NCBI RefSeq assembly: GCF_006345805.1
Contig: NC_043002.1
Coordinates: 102,672,001 to 102,736,000, forward strand
Reading direction: 5' to 3'
Length of the DNA stretch: 64,000 nt
Source: Octopus sinensis
Lineage: Eukaryota
Shown: one piece after another, positions 1 through 12,907 of the stretch
Layout: each line of letters opens with the position of its first letter
How positions within the stretch are numbered: position 1 is the stretch's first letter
Program-made: the position numbers and the translations under genes
Notes under the pieces: model-generated
What the model was told of the DNA's origin: nothing
What the model saw: the letters and a program-made list of their open reading frames with translations, nothing else
Databases searched by the model: none

Positions 1-40
1 TTAATTTTCTTTCTTTATTTCAATTAGTCGGAATTAAGCT

Positions 41-136
41 TTATGATGTCCATGAATGCAGATCTTCATCAATCTTATATTCTGGAAGACATTGTTGTTG
101 ATGTTGTTGTTGTCCACCTCCTTGTTGTTTTTGTTG
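41..136 (-). CDS. Candidate terminal exon (Q-rich), unverified
   Basis: Minus strand after a CAG reads QQKQQGGGQQQHQQQCLPEYKIDEDLHSWTS-stop (32 codons). The acceptor lacks a polypyrimidine tract and half the frame is (CAA)n, so it may be fortuitous. Confidence 0.2.
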   Translation of the reverse strand, partial: QQKQQGGGQQQHQQQCLPEYKIDEDLHSWTS

Positions 137-263
137 CTGGTGTATTTATATTAATGTGTAGTATTCATACAATGCCATAATTAATAGAGCAGAGAGATAA
201 AAATAAAGGACTTGCTTTCAGAAATTGACAAGTTACGATATATTAATAATAAATCACTCACTC

Positions 264-266
<3 letters not shown>

Positions 267-340
<74 letters not shown>

Positions 341-646
341 ATATATATATAATATATATTATATATATAATATAATATATATATAATATATATATATAGA
401 TATATATATATAATATATATATATAATATATTATATATAATATATATATATATATATAATATATATATATATAATATAAAATATATTATTATATAAGGAG
501 CTTCTGGACTAGAATTTCATCAAAAGAAATATAGAGATTCCTATGTTTAGATCTATTGCAGAAGCTCGTCTATATAATAAAGTAATACTCTTGGTATTAT
601 ATTTATAACCCCGATATACCTACATATTATAGTTAATATATATATA

Positions 647-695
<49 letters not shown>

Positions 696-845
696 TATAA
701 TATAATATAATATAATATATTATATTATATATATAATATTATATATATATGATATTGATATAATATATATTATATATAATACATATATAATATATATATA
801 ATCTATATATATTATATATATATACATTATAATATATTATATATA

Positions 846-890
<45 letters not shown>

Positions 891-1002
891 TATAATATAT
901 ATATAATATATATATAATAATATATATATATATAAATATGTATAAATATAATATATATATCATCTGGGACTCTTGACAGGAAGATGTCCAGCTTTGATTT
1001 AA

Positions 1003-1069
<67 letters not shown>

Positions 1070-1145
1070 GTATATATATGTATATATATGTATATATATG
1101 TATATATATATATTATAATATATATAGATATAAATATAATATATA
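267..1145. repeat. Compound (TA)n/AT-rich microsatellite block
   Basis: Directly visible TA arrays interrupted by short unique islands (490-630, 960-1000). Confidence 0.95.
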
Positions 1146-1390
1146 ATATACAAGATAAGAAAATGGGGAAATACATCTAAATCAAACATCAATTACCATA
1201 TAATACTCAATCACATACTTTATTGAACCACCACATAAGAGACTCTAGGGTTAAATATAAAAAGTAGAACAAATAAGTGTACATAAAGGAATGTACATGA
1301 AAAAGTGTACATAAAAGTGTAATGTTGTATAATAAGGAGGATATATATAAAAGAGAATATAAATATAAGTAAATATAAATATAAGTATAG

Positions 1391-1530
1391 ATTACATCTT
1401 ACAGCTGTTTCGGCCATATAGATAAGTATGTCTCATTTTACCAATATCAGCCTTTTATGGTAGGTCAATATATAGATATAAATGAGTCGTTTACAAAAAT
1501 ATCATAAGGCCTCTTCGGAGATTATGTAAT
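1391..1530 (-). ncRNA. Type I hammerhead-ribozyme-like motif, variant core (Penelope-type)
   Basis: Minus strand: ATCT-CCGAAGA-GGCC-(92 nt)-GGCC-GAAAC-AGCT-GT-A-AGAT. Stems I, II and III all pair. Helix III is short with a palindromic loop. Core position 4 is C instead of U. Confidence 0.55.
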
Positions 1531-1637
1531 ATAAATCAGTCTACATATATACCCACATGGGTGTGGGTGCATACCCATAATACAACATATACATATAAAA
1601 ATATACATATATATATATATAATATATAATATATATA

Positions 1638-1669
<32 letters not shown>

Positions 1670-1794
1670 ATATAATATATATATAATATGTAAATCTATA
1701 TAATATAATAATATAATATATAATTTATTTATATATAATATATATAAATGTTTGTGTGTTTGTGTGTGTCTGCGTATTTGTGTTTGTGTGTGTG

Positions 1795-1962
1795 ATTGTC
1801 TCTCCACTCATTTGACAACCGATGTCAGTTTGTTTACGTCTTAGTGTTTCGGCAAAAGAGAGCGATAAAATAAGTTTTTGGGTTACAAAGAACAAATCGT
1901 TCGATCTAAAACGGCTGTGCGCCAGCATGACCGCTTATCAAATGACTGAAGCAATTTAAAGA
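1795..1962 (+). mobile_element. tRNA-derived SINE family A, 3' half
   Basis: Matches the reverse complement of the body/tail of the copy at 12908-13295 (tttgacaaccgatg...ttcggcaaaaga...cagcatg.ccgc...aaatgactgaa). Confidence 0.75.
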
Positions 1963-2160
1963 ACACACATACACACACACACACTTATATATATATTATA
2001 TAAATAAAATATATATATATAATATATATATATATAGGAATAAAATTTATTTATAAAGAAACAAGAACGTGAAATACACAAAGGGACGAACACAGAAAAC
2101 AGACGGGTCATTCGAAGCCTTTAATCTTCAGTCAGAACCCGGATCATCATAGCAAATTTC

Positions 2161-2191
<31 letters not shown>

Positions 2192-3284
2192 ATATATACC
2201 ATCTGAGAGAATCGATGTATGATATCTTTCCGAATAATATTTTGTCAGAGACATATCTGCACAAGTTGTGACCCCGGGTTAAACAGCTATGGTGACAACC
2301 ACCATAGAACATGAAATTTGCCCAATTTCACTCACTGCTTGATATGACTAACTCGGCGTCTGTACATTAAGCTCATTTTATATTATGTTTCTATTAAATG
2401 TGTCTCTTTTTAAGAAACTGCATGTACCACGAATCTTAGCATGAATTATAGTCAATGTTATTTCGTTGAATTAATTTTCGACACACATCAGCCGTTTGTT
2501 TGGATTCATAGTGATTTTCTTTAGAATGTTTTGTTATAAGAAAAACTCATAAATTTAAAATAAATTCGTTCTAAGAGACGCCTCATCAAAATAATGATGT
2601 TTCGCCGCATCAATAAGCATCTTATTGATCCAATATTAACAAATTTTAATTAGATACATTTTATTCAACCACAAAATCTTTGATTCAATGAAATTCGTGT
2701 TCAAATTTGATTTATTGGACAAATTTTAATATTAATTATTACTTGTCAAAATGGCGTCCTTTAAATAAGTTAGAATAAAATACACGCTTTAATGAAAGCA
2801 AGTCTGTGTTTTTGTGAATGCCAGGTTTGAGCTCAACAGGAAACGGTGTCCGGTTTTAACATGCAAATATGGTTGTCATACAATCTATGCTTAAATACAA
2901 GACCCAGAGAAATAGAATCAAAGTGAGTTTGCATGCGTGTGTGTGTGAGGGAGAAAGATTGATACATAGAGAGAGAGAGAGTGAGAGAGAAAGAAAGAGA
3001 GAGCGATGTAATTTCTGATCATGTAATATAGAGAAATGTACGGAAGCAAGTCAAGGAAAGAGAGGCAGATATGTTGAATGGGAAATGTCAATAGAGATCT
3101 GTGGAAGTTCACATGTCAGAACATTGCCGCATATATTGAATATTTCTGAAGATATTATAATAAAAATAATAGTTTTAATAATTTGCATTCATCAATCAAT
3201 ATATTAAAATTTTTTTTTATGTCAACTATACTTGATAAGTGCGTGTATATATATTGGGAGAGAAAAACTCAGGTAGACAAATAC

Positions 3285-3285
<1 letters not shown>

Positions 3286-3335
<50 letters not shown>
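3286..3335. repeat. (GATA)n microsatellite
   Basis: Direct inspection. Confidence 0.95.
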
Positions 3336-3336
<1 letters not shown>

Positions 3337-4158
3337 ACACTTCCACTTATCCCGTGTTCTACCATAAAAAATCCAGTTTCGTATTCAGTCCTGTCCATTG
3401 TTTTACTTACATACAAGTTAGATAGTTTTAAATGTACAAATTCGCTTATAAATTCAAGAGACTTTGACCTAAATACTCAATGATTTGAAATATGATGTTC
3501 TTCCGTGCCAAACAATCACTAATGCCCTTCTAAAAGACACATAAATCATAGATGGCGCTCCTTGAACAGCCCAGTAGGCAATACTACCGTCAGTGGCTAT
3601 CTATTTAAACATGGCGCATTTATTTTCTGCATGAATATGTACGGTAACTATGGCAGACAAAAGTCTGCCTCATGTAGCTTGCAAATTTAATATATTTATT
3701 TAATTTCTTAAAGCAGTGTCGGTTAAATCTCTTGTGTATATTACGTAATAATCGTTATTAAATATTGCATGTTTATATGTATAAGCATACACGCACACAC
3801 ATGTATGTATTTGTGTAAACATATTTATAAAAGAATGAAGGCAGTAAATCACGTTTACAAGCGTTTCATCATTATTTAGTATAATCAGTCGTTCGTTATT
3901 CTGTAACTATACCAGCAACTATTGATTAATTTCCATGTGCAATTTAGGTTTTATATTGTGTTATATTGAATATTGATGAAACGATCGTAAAGGACGAATT
4001 AAATAGTTTTCAGAATTTATTTTTTCTTATTTGTTATTGTATACACTCTCTGGACATTCTGTTGGTTTACGGATCATTCGAGTGTTTGTATGCGAAAAAC
4101 TTCACACTTTTCAATTTCCTGATAGCCGGTATCTATAGCAGTGGTTCATGTGATCGTA

Positions 4159-4163
<5 letters not shown>

Positions 4164-4257
<94 letters not shown>

Positions 4258-4265
4258 TGAGAGAG
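4164..4265. repeat. (TA)n(GA)n compound microsatellite
   Basis: Direct inspection. Confidence 0.95.
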
Positions 4266-5017
4266 ATAAAGTGTGCACACACAAACACACATTATATATA
4301 TATATATAATATATATATATATATATACACACACATACATGCATACATACATATATACATTTATAGACAGATAAATAGATAGATAAATAAATACGCAGAT
4401 ATATGTTTGCGTGTGTGTGTAAACATAGATATACTTATACATATATATATATGTGTGCGTGTATGTATATATGTATATACGTGTGAGTGTGTGTGTAAAC
4501 ATATACAGATACATATACACACACACGCATACATATATGTTATATTGGTCAAAGCACTTATAATTTAATGCAGATTGCTATATATATATATACGGAGTAG
4601 TTCGTTGCGAGATTGGAAGATATTTCTTTACGTTGACTTGGGAGGTGAGGTCATAGCATCAGACAGTCTTAGCAGAGAAATGTATGGCTCTTAGCCAGAT
4701 TTAGTGAGCATTATTGTAACACTAGTAGACCGTTGTCCAAACCGAGGCATTGTCAGTGTTCTTTATCAAAGATTGCTATATTATCTTCGGATATAATTTG
4801 CTGGCATCTATATAATCATGGCTGATTTGTGATCAATGCTTGCATGGATTAGCTGCCATATATTATGTGAGAAAATGAATAAAAAGAAAAGAGTTCTTTG
4901 AAACCCGATTGAATGCTAATGAAAACTATACAAAACAGAAGCAGAATTAATGTCAGTTTTGAATTATCTATAAAATACAAACAAAGGAAGAGGGCAAAGT
5001 TGAAAAGAGCAGGTCGA

Positions 5018-5117
5018 NNNNNNNNNNNNNNNNNNNNNNNNNNNNNNNNNNNNNNNNNNNNNNNNNNNNNNNNNNNNNNNNNNNNNNNNNNNNNNNNNNN
5101 NNNNNNNNNNNNNNNNN
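5018..5117. other. Assembly gap (100 N)
   Basis: Run of exactly 100 N, a placeholder gap. ORFs crossing it are artefacts. Confidence 0.99.
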
Positions 5118-5936
5118 TACAGACAACAGTAATCAGTGACGCTCAATGAATTTTACGAAGTTTTGCGCGGCATTTTCAAAACACCTACATGAAATAATGT
5201 AGCCCAGAGAAAAGCAGCCTGCACATAGAAAATCCACATGTTACAGCCACACACGAAGCCCGAGAATCTATAGATCGGATGCGTGCAAGAGGCTGCTGTT
5301 GAGTTGAAAATCTTATTCATTCCAAAAGCTGTTATTTATCCTCCTCCTTTTCAAACCACTTCCCCACGGGCTCTTTTTATAATCTGCAATATTGAATGCT
5401 TCTATCTGGAGAGCGTCCGCTAATTTTAATATGAATTGAATATAGAGATATAAGAGTAAGGACAGTTTGACATATACGTAAATAATAGACAGACAAGGCT
5501 AAAAAAATAAGAGAAAAATTTGAAACGTGTGTAAACATAGAGCATTGGTGTATGTATGCATTTACTTGTATGGGAGACGGTGTTTGTAAGGAAAAACTAG
5601 TTTGAAGATAGATTCATAGGGGAAAGAAAACAAATTAAATACTGTATGACATATAATGGAATAAGCGAAGACATTTCCATAAATGAATACATACAGTTAG
5701 GAAGACGGACAAAGAAACGCAGAGAAACACCTGGATAGAGACGCGGATGGGGAGGGGGGTAAGAAAAGGAAAAGGAAAGGAATCAGAGAAAAGGAGAGAG
5801 ATGGAGAAAGAGAATGAAGTGTATTCACTCGATTTTCTTCCGCTGTTGGCAAATACAACTTTTATGTCAATCCATATATATGTATACAGATGTATGGGTA
5901 GAAATATTTATTTGTGCATATAGTTATGCGTACCTA

Positions 5937-5990
<54 letters not shown>

Positions 5991-6228
5991 TATTTGTATA
6001 TAAGCATCTATATATATATATATGCTGATATGTGTATTTCTCTCTATATATATCGAATATATATATATAATATATATATACATATATATCTATATATGCA
6101 TACATACATATATATGTATACACGCACATATATTTATATATGCATAAATATATATTCACATGTATACATACATGTATAGGTATATATTTAGATACGCACA
6201 TATACATACGTATACGTTTTTCACTCAC

Positions 6229-6268
6229 CTTTATTATTGCCCATTCAAGGACTCTTCTTGCACATGGT
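6229..6268 (-). CDS. Candidate 40-nt micro-exon, unverified
   Basis: Strong donor AAG|GTGAGT and moderate acceptor ctctctctgcttgtatgcaag. One open frame, PCARRVLEWAIIK. Confidence 0.15.
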
Positions 6269-6320
6269 CTTGCATACAAGCAGAGAGAGCACACATATAA
6301 GTCTCTCTCTCTCATATATC

Positions 6321-6358
<38 letters not shown>

Positions 6359-7407
6359 ATCATATATATATATATATATATATATATACCTATATATATA
6401 TACATACATATATGTATCCATATAATAATGTATCATATATATATATAATATATATATATTATATATTATAGAGTGTATAGCATTTCATAACACATATATG
6501 ACAAAGGATACACATATATATGTATACATATGTATATATATACTCAAATAAATTTATATGTATACATATACAAATATATGTAAATGCATGCACGTATATG
6601 TGTGTGCGCGTGCGTTTATATATGTGTGTGCGTGCGGGTGCGTTTATGTATGTGTGTACATACACAACAAATAAATGAATGCATGGAGGATGTGATATGA
6701 CATACTTTAATAAAGATATTTAGTGTCTATCTATCTATGAATAGAGAGAGAGAGGGAGTGAGAGAGACATACAGTCTCAGAAATGCACCCACATACGTAT
6801 ACATACATATATACATGTGTTCCTGAGACCGTATGTATCTCACCTTCTCTCTCCCACACTCCCACTCCCCCTCTCTTTATATAATATATATATATATATA
6901 TATATATCTATATATCTGAGATATCTGAAATCAATTACGTAATCAAGGATATTCACTGACGTCCGAGATGTAACGCATCACAATCCCACTTACAAAATAT
7001 ATTTTAATACACCATTTCTTCCATCTTCGCAACCTCAACAAACACACTTTACAGATGCACCCACGCCACATACATGAATGCATGTATTTTTATTGCCATA
7101 TAAGTACAGATATACATTTACACACACACACACATATATACATGTATATATATATATAGATATATATATATATATATATATATGTATATGTTTGTTTGTG
7201 TTTGGTTGGGCGCATGCGTGCGTGAGCGTGTGTGTGTATGTGTGTGTTTGTGTGTAAGTGTGTGTGTTCCCGCGTGCGTATGGTCGCGTACGTATTTTTG
7301 TATACATGTATATATTTGTCCAAAGGAATATATCTGTTTGGAAGTATAAATACCTATATTTATCTATATACATAAAACTCTGAAGACACATGCACACACA
7401 CACACAC

Positions 7408-7452
<45 letters not shown>

Positions 7453-8224
7453 CCCACACACACACACATATGTATATACATACGAAGTTATACAGTTAGG
7501 AACACTTCAGATACATATGAATGATAGTTTCGTGATTCTTTCAGAAGTATTGAATATTTTTCCCAGATTATTTCTAGGTGTCCCTCACAGGAAACGAGGT
7601 TTCGGAAGTGTATTCTCTCACCATGTAATCAGTGAGTTCCGCTGACGAAACATCCGGTTGGAGAATACAGTTTCGTATCAATAGAAGATAGCCAGCGGCA
7701 AGAAAAGCCACTCAACATAGTCAATATCGTAAAATTAAAAGAGAACCAATAGGTTTCCATCGAATGGATTATACACAAGTGTCGCTCGCAGACGTAGAAG
7801 AAGCAATAGAATTGGTTCCTTCATTACCCTTGACTGGAGGATTTCAAACATTACTCTGTTATATGCCTGAAGACATAAACTAGACTGGCTCTTGCAAGCA
7901 TTCGTATTAAACATTGCCTTACTATCTCTGAAGGATTTTGCGTTTGTTTTCATCGTATTTTTATCATTTTTTTTTGTAGTCTATTTCGTTACTTTTCGAT
8001 ATTTTTTTTTTTTTAACGTTATAAGCAAAAACTGTATTTGATTGGTTAATAATGTAAAATTAACCGCGGTATTGATCCGAATCACCTGAGGGTCAAACAC
8101 ATAAGAAACCTGTGCAGTGTCAGATGCAATAATAAAATTATGATGGCTTGAATTTTAAATGGAAATATCTCGAAAACATTTACATACAAATAAGTGGGAA
8201 AATATAAAATCTATATTAGTAAAC

Positions 8225-8445
8225 CTGTGCATGTGCACGCGAGTGTGTGTGTGTGTGTGTATGCGGATATGCACATACACAAACACGCTTATATAATTAT
8301 ATATATATATATAGATATATATATATATGTTATATATATATATAGTATATATATATGTATATATGTATTATATATGTATATATGTATATATATATGTATA
8401 TATATATATGTATATATAGTATATATATATATATATATATATATA

Positions 8446-8493
<48 letters not shown>

Positions 8494-8581
8494 GTATATA
8501 TATATGTATATGTATATATACATATATATATATATACATATATAATATACATATATATATATACATATATACATATATATG

Positions 8582-8613
<32 letters not shown>

Positions 8614-8642
8614 TATTTGTATATATATATATAATGTATATG

Positions 8643-8677
<35 letters not shown>

Positions 8678-8730
8678 GTGTATGTATATATATTTATATA
8701 TGTGTATATATATATATAGATAGATTATAG
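8225..8730. repeat. (TG)n/(TA)n microsatellite block
   Basis: Direct inspection. Source of the IYIY-type ORFs. Confidence 0.95.
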
Positions 8731-9000
8731 AAAGAAACATATACACAGACACACGCATTTTCTCTCACGTAGATCTGTGTGAGACGGTATTCATTTCTAT
8801 TAACTACATCTTTAATGGGAAATTTGTTTTGTTTTCTCTTTTTTTATTTCCTTTTTATTTCTGCTCTGTATACACGACTGTGTGGTCAATATACCACTCT
8901 GGTATATTGGCTGTTATCACTCTTATTTTGTCATACACTTTCAAATACAGACATATATTTCCCCCATACATGTCCATGCACAAATATGCAGCACATATAA

Positions 9001-9065
<65 letters not shown>

Positions 9066-9080
9066 ACTATCTAACTATCT
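9001..9080. repeat. (ATCT)n microsatellite
   Basis: Direct inspection. Confidence 0.95.
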
Positions 9081-9084
9081 TATA

Positions 9085-10206
9085 GTGGAATGTTGGACCG
9101 ACAGACCTCTTAAATTGCTCGGAGTCTGGTTGGGTCCAAATGGAGAAGAAATGTGGCGAAATGACGACTAAGGTGGCAATGGGCCGAGAGGAAGCTATCC
9201 CAAAATGGTTGACCGGTGGTGGCGAACGCGTATATCGCATCCGTCATCGACTACCGTCTAACAGTCGTCCCTTGTCCCGACCCTATCATCACCAAACTGG
9301 AACGCATACTCTTCCGCTTCCTGTGGAAGGGAAGCGTTCCGATGGTTTGGCGATCCATTTGCTGTCAACACCCGCTAAATGGAAGGCTAGGCATGCCGTG
9401 GTTGACGGTGCGCTGAGACTGCGACTTCTCCGGCGCTTCATAGAACAGTTATGGTCGCCGTTTTTGCGGGCCCCCTTCCTGCAGCTCGTCTCCTTGGCCA
9501 AAATGCGGTCGTGGATCAAACAGAGACCGAGGCTAGGCGAATGGCATCGCGAGTGTCGCGTTGCTCTCAAGCAACTCTACCGTCCGGGAACAAACTTGTG
9601 CGACATCTTTACAACCAAGGCGTTCTATAGAGGATTAGTGGAGGGGAGGTGCGACGACGTTCTCGGGCAGAATCTGAGCGTCGACAAGGAACACCTGACC
9701 CGCCTGTTCAGGACAACTTTCGTACCTGGACCTATGGACAACCACCAAAGATCTCTGGCCTGTCAATGCTATCGTAAAGCATTACTTTTTCGGGATAAGT
9801 TCTACAGGTACGGTTCGAGACACACCGGATCGACTTACCCGAGATGCCGTCAGAGCGACGAAACCGGTCTGCACGCACTCATGAATTGTCCAACCATCTC
9901 GGACCTGTGGGCTGATGCCGAATGGCTGCTGTCATTTGTCGGACGAGTCCGCCTGTCGGCTGAATTTATCGTTTGTTTTGCTTTTCATTAGGCTTTTCTT
10001 TTCAAGGATAAACCTAATCTTGCTTTTTACATTTTAAAAATTCTTCTGTGATACACGATCCCTTTTGATCGTTATGTTTTTCACCGATCCTTTTTGATCG
10101 AAATTTTACTTCTTCCCCCCTTTTTCTTTTTCATATTCGAAAAGAAACACTCTACATTTGTATTTGTCCCCTCTGTGTTCAGCCCTGTGTGGCTAATAAA
10201 GAAAGT
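9085..10206 (+). mobile_element. 5'-truncated L1/Tx1-clade non-LTR retrotransposon (ORF2 C-terminus, frameshifted)
   Basis: FRFLWKGSVPMVWRSICCQHPLNGRLGMPWL motif and a C-terminal CCHC-like zinc finger (YPRCRQSDETGLHALMNCP). T-rich 3'UTR ends AATAAAGAAA. 9-bp direct repeat TATCTTATA at 9076-9084 and 10207-10215. Confidence 0.85.
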
Positions 10207-10609
10207 TATCTTATACCATCTCTCAATCTATTTATCTATATATCAATATATCAATATATCTAGTTGTCTATCTATCAATATATCTATCTGTAACTCTATC
10301 TATCGTTCTATCTGTCTGTCTGTTTCTGTCTTCTGTCTCTCTCTCTCCCCCTCTCTCTCTATCAAGCTATATATCTATCTATCCATCTATCTACCTGTTT
10401 GTCTGTCTGTCAGTCTGGCTGGTTGTCTGGCTCAGCGGCTGGGTGGCTACCTTGCAGACTGTATGATTATCACTTTTCATTTGCATCCATATATTTGCCT
10501 CTCTATATGTACGTATGTACATGTGTGTATGCGCGTGTGTATATATAACTGTACACACATATATATAATATATATATATTTTATATTTCTAATTAATATC
10601 TTATACATA

Positions 10610-11891
10610 CGAGGGACGTTCAATAAGTAATGCCCCTGACGCACTTGCAGTTGTTAGATCTAGCTAGGATTTTGCACGTACAATTATTTATATCTTTATA
10701 GATTAGGTGGCAAATTACAGCTCTGAACTAATTGTGGTTTCTGATATACAGGTGTTTGAACTGAGTCAAGTGTGAAATGGAGCCTGTTGAGTGTCGGTTT
10801 TTGCATTTGAAAGGACGCACACCACGCGAGACTTTTGATGAAATGAAAGTAACTAATGGTGATGATGCCCCATCATATGACCTTGTCAAACGCTGGCATC
10901 GTGAATTCAAACATGGTCGGAACTCTGTGGAAACAGCTCCCAGATCTGGTCGCCCCCCTTCTGCCATTGATGAGGCGTCTGTCCATCAAGTTGAGGCTGC
11001 CATTTTGGAAGATCGACGCATGACTATTCGCCAAATAGCCCGTGAGGTCAAGATTAGTACCAGGTCTGTGGAAACTATCATTCATGACCATTTGCATATG
11101 CAAAAGGTATCTGCCAGATTGATTCCCAGGTTGTTCTAACCTTTCCAGAAGCAAGAACGCGTCGGGTGGTCGAGGATGAATTTGGAGATGTGCCAAGAAG
11201 ATGAGTCAAAATTTTTCAAAAGACTGATTACACAGGATGAAACCTGGGTCCATCACTATGATCCAGAGATCAAAGCCCAGTCAATGCAGTGGAAGCACCG
11301 TGACTCACCTCCTCTAAAGAAGGCAAGGGTGCAGCTCTCCGCTGGCAAGGTCATGCTCACAGTCTTCTGGGACCAGGACGGAGTAGTGATGACAGATTTC
11401 CTGGCAAAGGGTACCACAATTACAGGAGCCTATTATGCTTCACTTTTGAGGAAATTAAGAGAAGCTATCAAAATCAAGAGGCGGGGCAACATCAGCAAAT
11501 GCATCCTCCTCCTGCAGGACAACGCTCCGGTCCACAACTCGCTTGTCGCCAGATCAGAAGCACAGGCGTGCGGCTATGAACTCCTCCCCCACCCACCCCT
11601 ACACTCCTGACCTTGCACCTTCTGATTTTCACCTCTTCCCACCCATGAAGTTGTTTTTGAAAGGAAAGCGTTTCCCAGATGATTCATCCTTGACTTCTGA
11701 AGACACGTCGTGGCTGGAGGACCAAGCTGGGGTCTTCTACAAAAACGGTCTCCAGAGATGCATTAAACGATGGGAGAAATGCGTAACTCTGAGTGTTTCC
11801 TATGTAGAAAAAGACTAATAACTGTGCCAAGTTTCGTTGCTCTACTGCTATAGGAAGTGGGTCAGGGGCATTACTTATGAAACGCCCCTCG
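10610..11891 (+). mobile_element. Mariner DNA transposon (DD34D, irritans/Bytmar-like), defective copy 1
   Basis: About 30-bp TIRs (CGAGGGACGTTCAATAAGTAATGCCCCTGAC / GTCAGGGGCATTACTTATGAAACGCCCCTCG) with TA on both sides. Motifs TQDETW, LQDNAPVH and SPDLAPSDF-like. Has a 12-bp deletion, a stop at 11137-11139 and a frameshift near 11600. Confidence 0.97.
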
Positions 11892-12003
11892 TACGTTTAT
11901 TTACATAGACAATTCAATCATATGCATCTGTATTTATACACACGTACACAAATAGATTCACACAGACACTCACTCACACACACATATGCATATATTTAAA
12001 TGG

Positions 12004-12112
<109 letters not shown>

Positions 12113-12146
12113 TATACTTCATTTAAAAGCAGCAGAAATATAACTA

Positions 12147-12191
12147 AAGCTGTTACTCGGAGTTTCCCGTTCCCGTTCGTCGGACAGTTTT
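12147..12191 (-). ncRNA. Minimal type I hammerhead-like motif, variant core
   Basis: Minus strand: CTGT-CCGACGA-ACG-GGAA-CGG-GAAAC-TCCGA-GT-A-ACAG. Stems I and III pair. Stem II is 2 bp with a GNRA loop and an A.G mismatch at the base. Confidence 0.5.
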
Positions 12192-12442
12192 GACATTGTA
12201 GATATATGCATACATACTTCTAGAGGTGACTGAGTGACATCAAGCAATAATGTAGATATTTGTCCAGACAATTAAGTAATGCAATGTATAAGTAACGTGA
12301 TGTAACTTTAAATGTTCCTGAAGAACCATCTGCTAAAGTTAGTGTTTCCAGAACCGTCTGATAGGTGTATGAAGTTAATTGCAAATACAATCCTTCTGAA
12401 CAAATTGATCTTTCTATATGTGTGGATTTGCTTTATGATCTG

Positions 12443-12573
12443 CTTCATGGCTGGGAAGAGGTGAAAATCAGAGGGTGCAAGGTCAGGAGAGTAGAGGAGA
12501 TGGTGGAGGAGTTTATAGCCACATGCCTTTGCTTCTGATCTGGCGACAAGCGAGTTGTGGACCGGAGCGTTGT
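12443..12573 (-). mobile_element. 131-bp internal fragment of the same mariner transposase
   Basis: Encodes NAPVHNSLVARSEAKACGYKLLHHLLYSPDLAPSDFHLFPAMK and aligns to both full copies. No TIRs. Confidence 0.9.
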
Positions 12574-12907
12574 ATACCTGAGTTAAACAATGATATCCAT
12601 AACATAGAAACACGGGGAAATATTTTAACTGTATGTCAACAGCATCAACATGAAGAACATTAAGAAGAAAAATGTGGAATGAAAGCAGAACACACTCTAC
12701 CGCTATATCACCAACAAGAGGCATATTTATCTGATGTATTGTTCATAGAATACAGAACACAGAACACAAAACAAGACTGGTGCATCAAATTACTCCACCT
12801 CCAATATGATTCCTTTAAGGATGTAGTAGTCTATGTTTGCGCTTGTTTTTGTTTGTAAGTCAGAGTTTCACCTTCTGTCTTGACTCATACAATGATGAGC
12901 ATTTTTT

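Noticed and set aside
498-567. 9-bp inverted repeat GAGCTTCTG/CAGAAGCTC preceded on the minus strand by AGACGA, suggesting hammerhead stem II
   Set aside because: No GAAA box, helix III or stem I.
7692-7883. 63-codon stop-free plus frame (PAARKATQH...CYMPEDIN) and nearby CTGACGA/GAAAC motifs at 7590-7680
   Set aside because: The length is expected by chance, the acceptor is poor and no domain is recognised. The ribozyme boxes do not close stem II.
9140-9991. 283-aa ORF as an intact gene
   Set aside because: The first ~90 aa are out of frame relative to the true Tx1 ORF2 motifs. It is a frameshifted retrotransposon.
10873-11196. Antisense ORFs over the mariners (also 29215-29541) and over the LINEs
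   Set aside because: Shadow frames of transposase or RT coding sequence.
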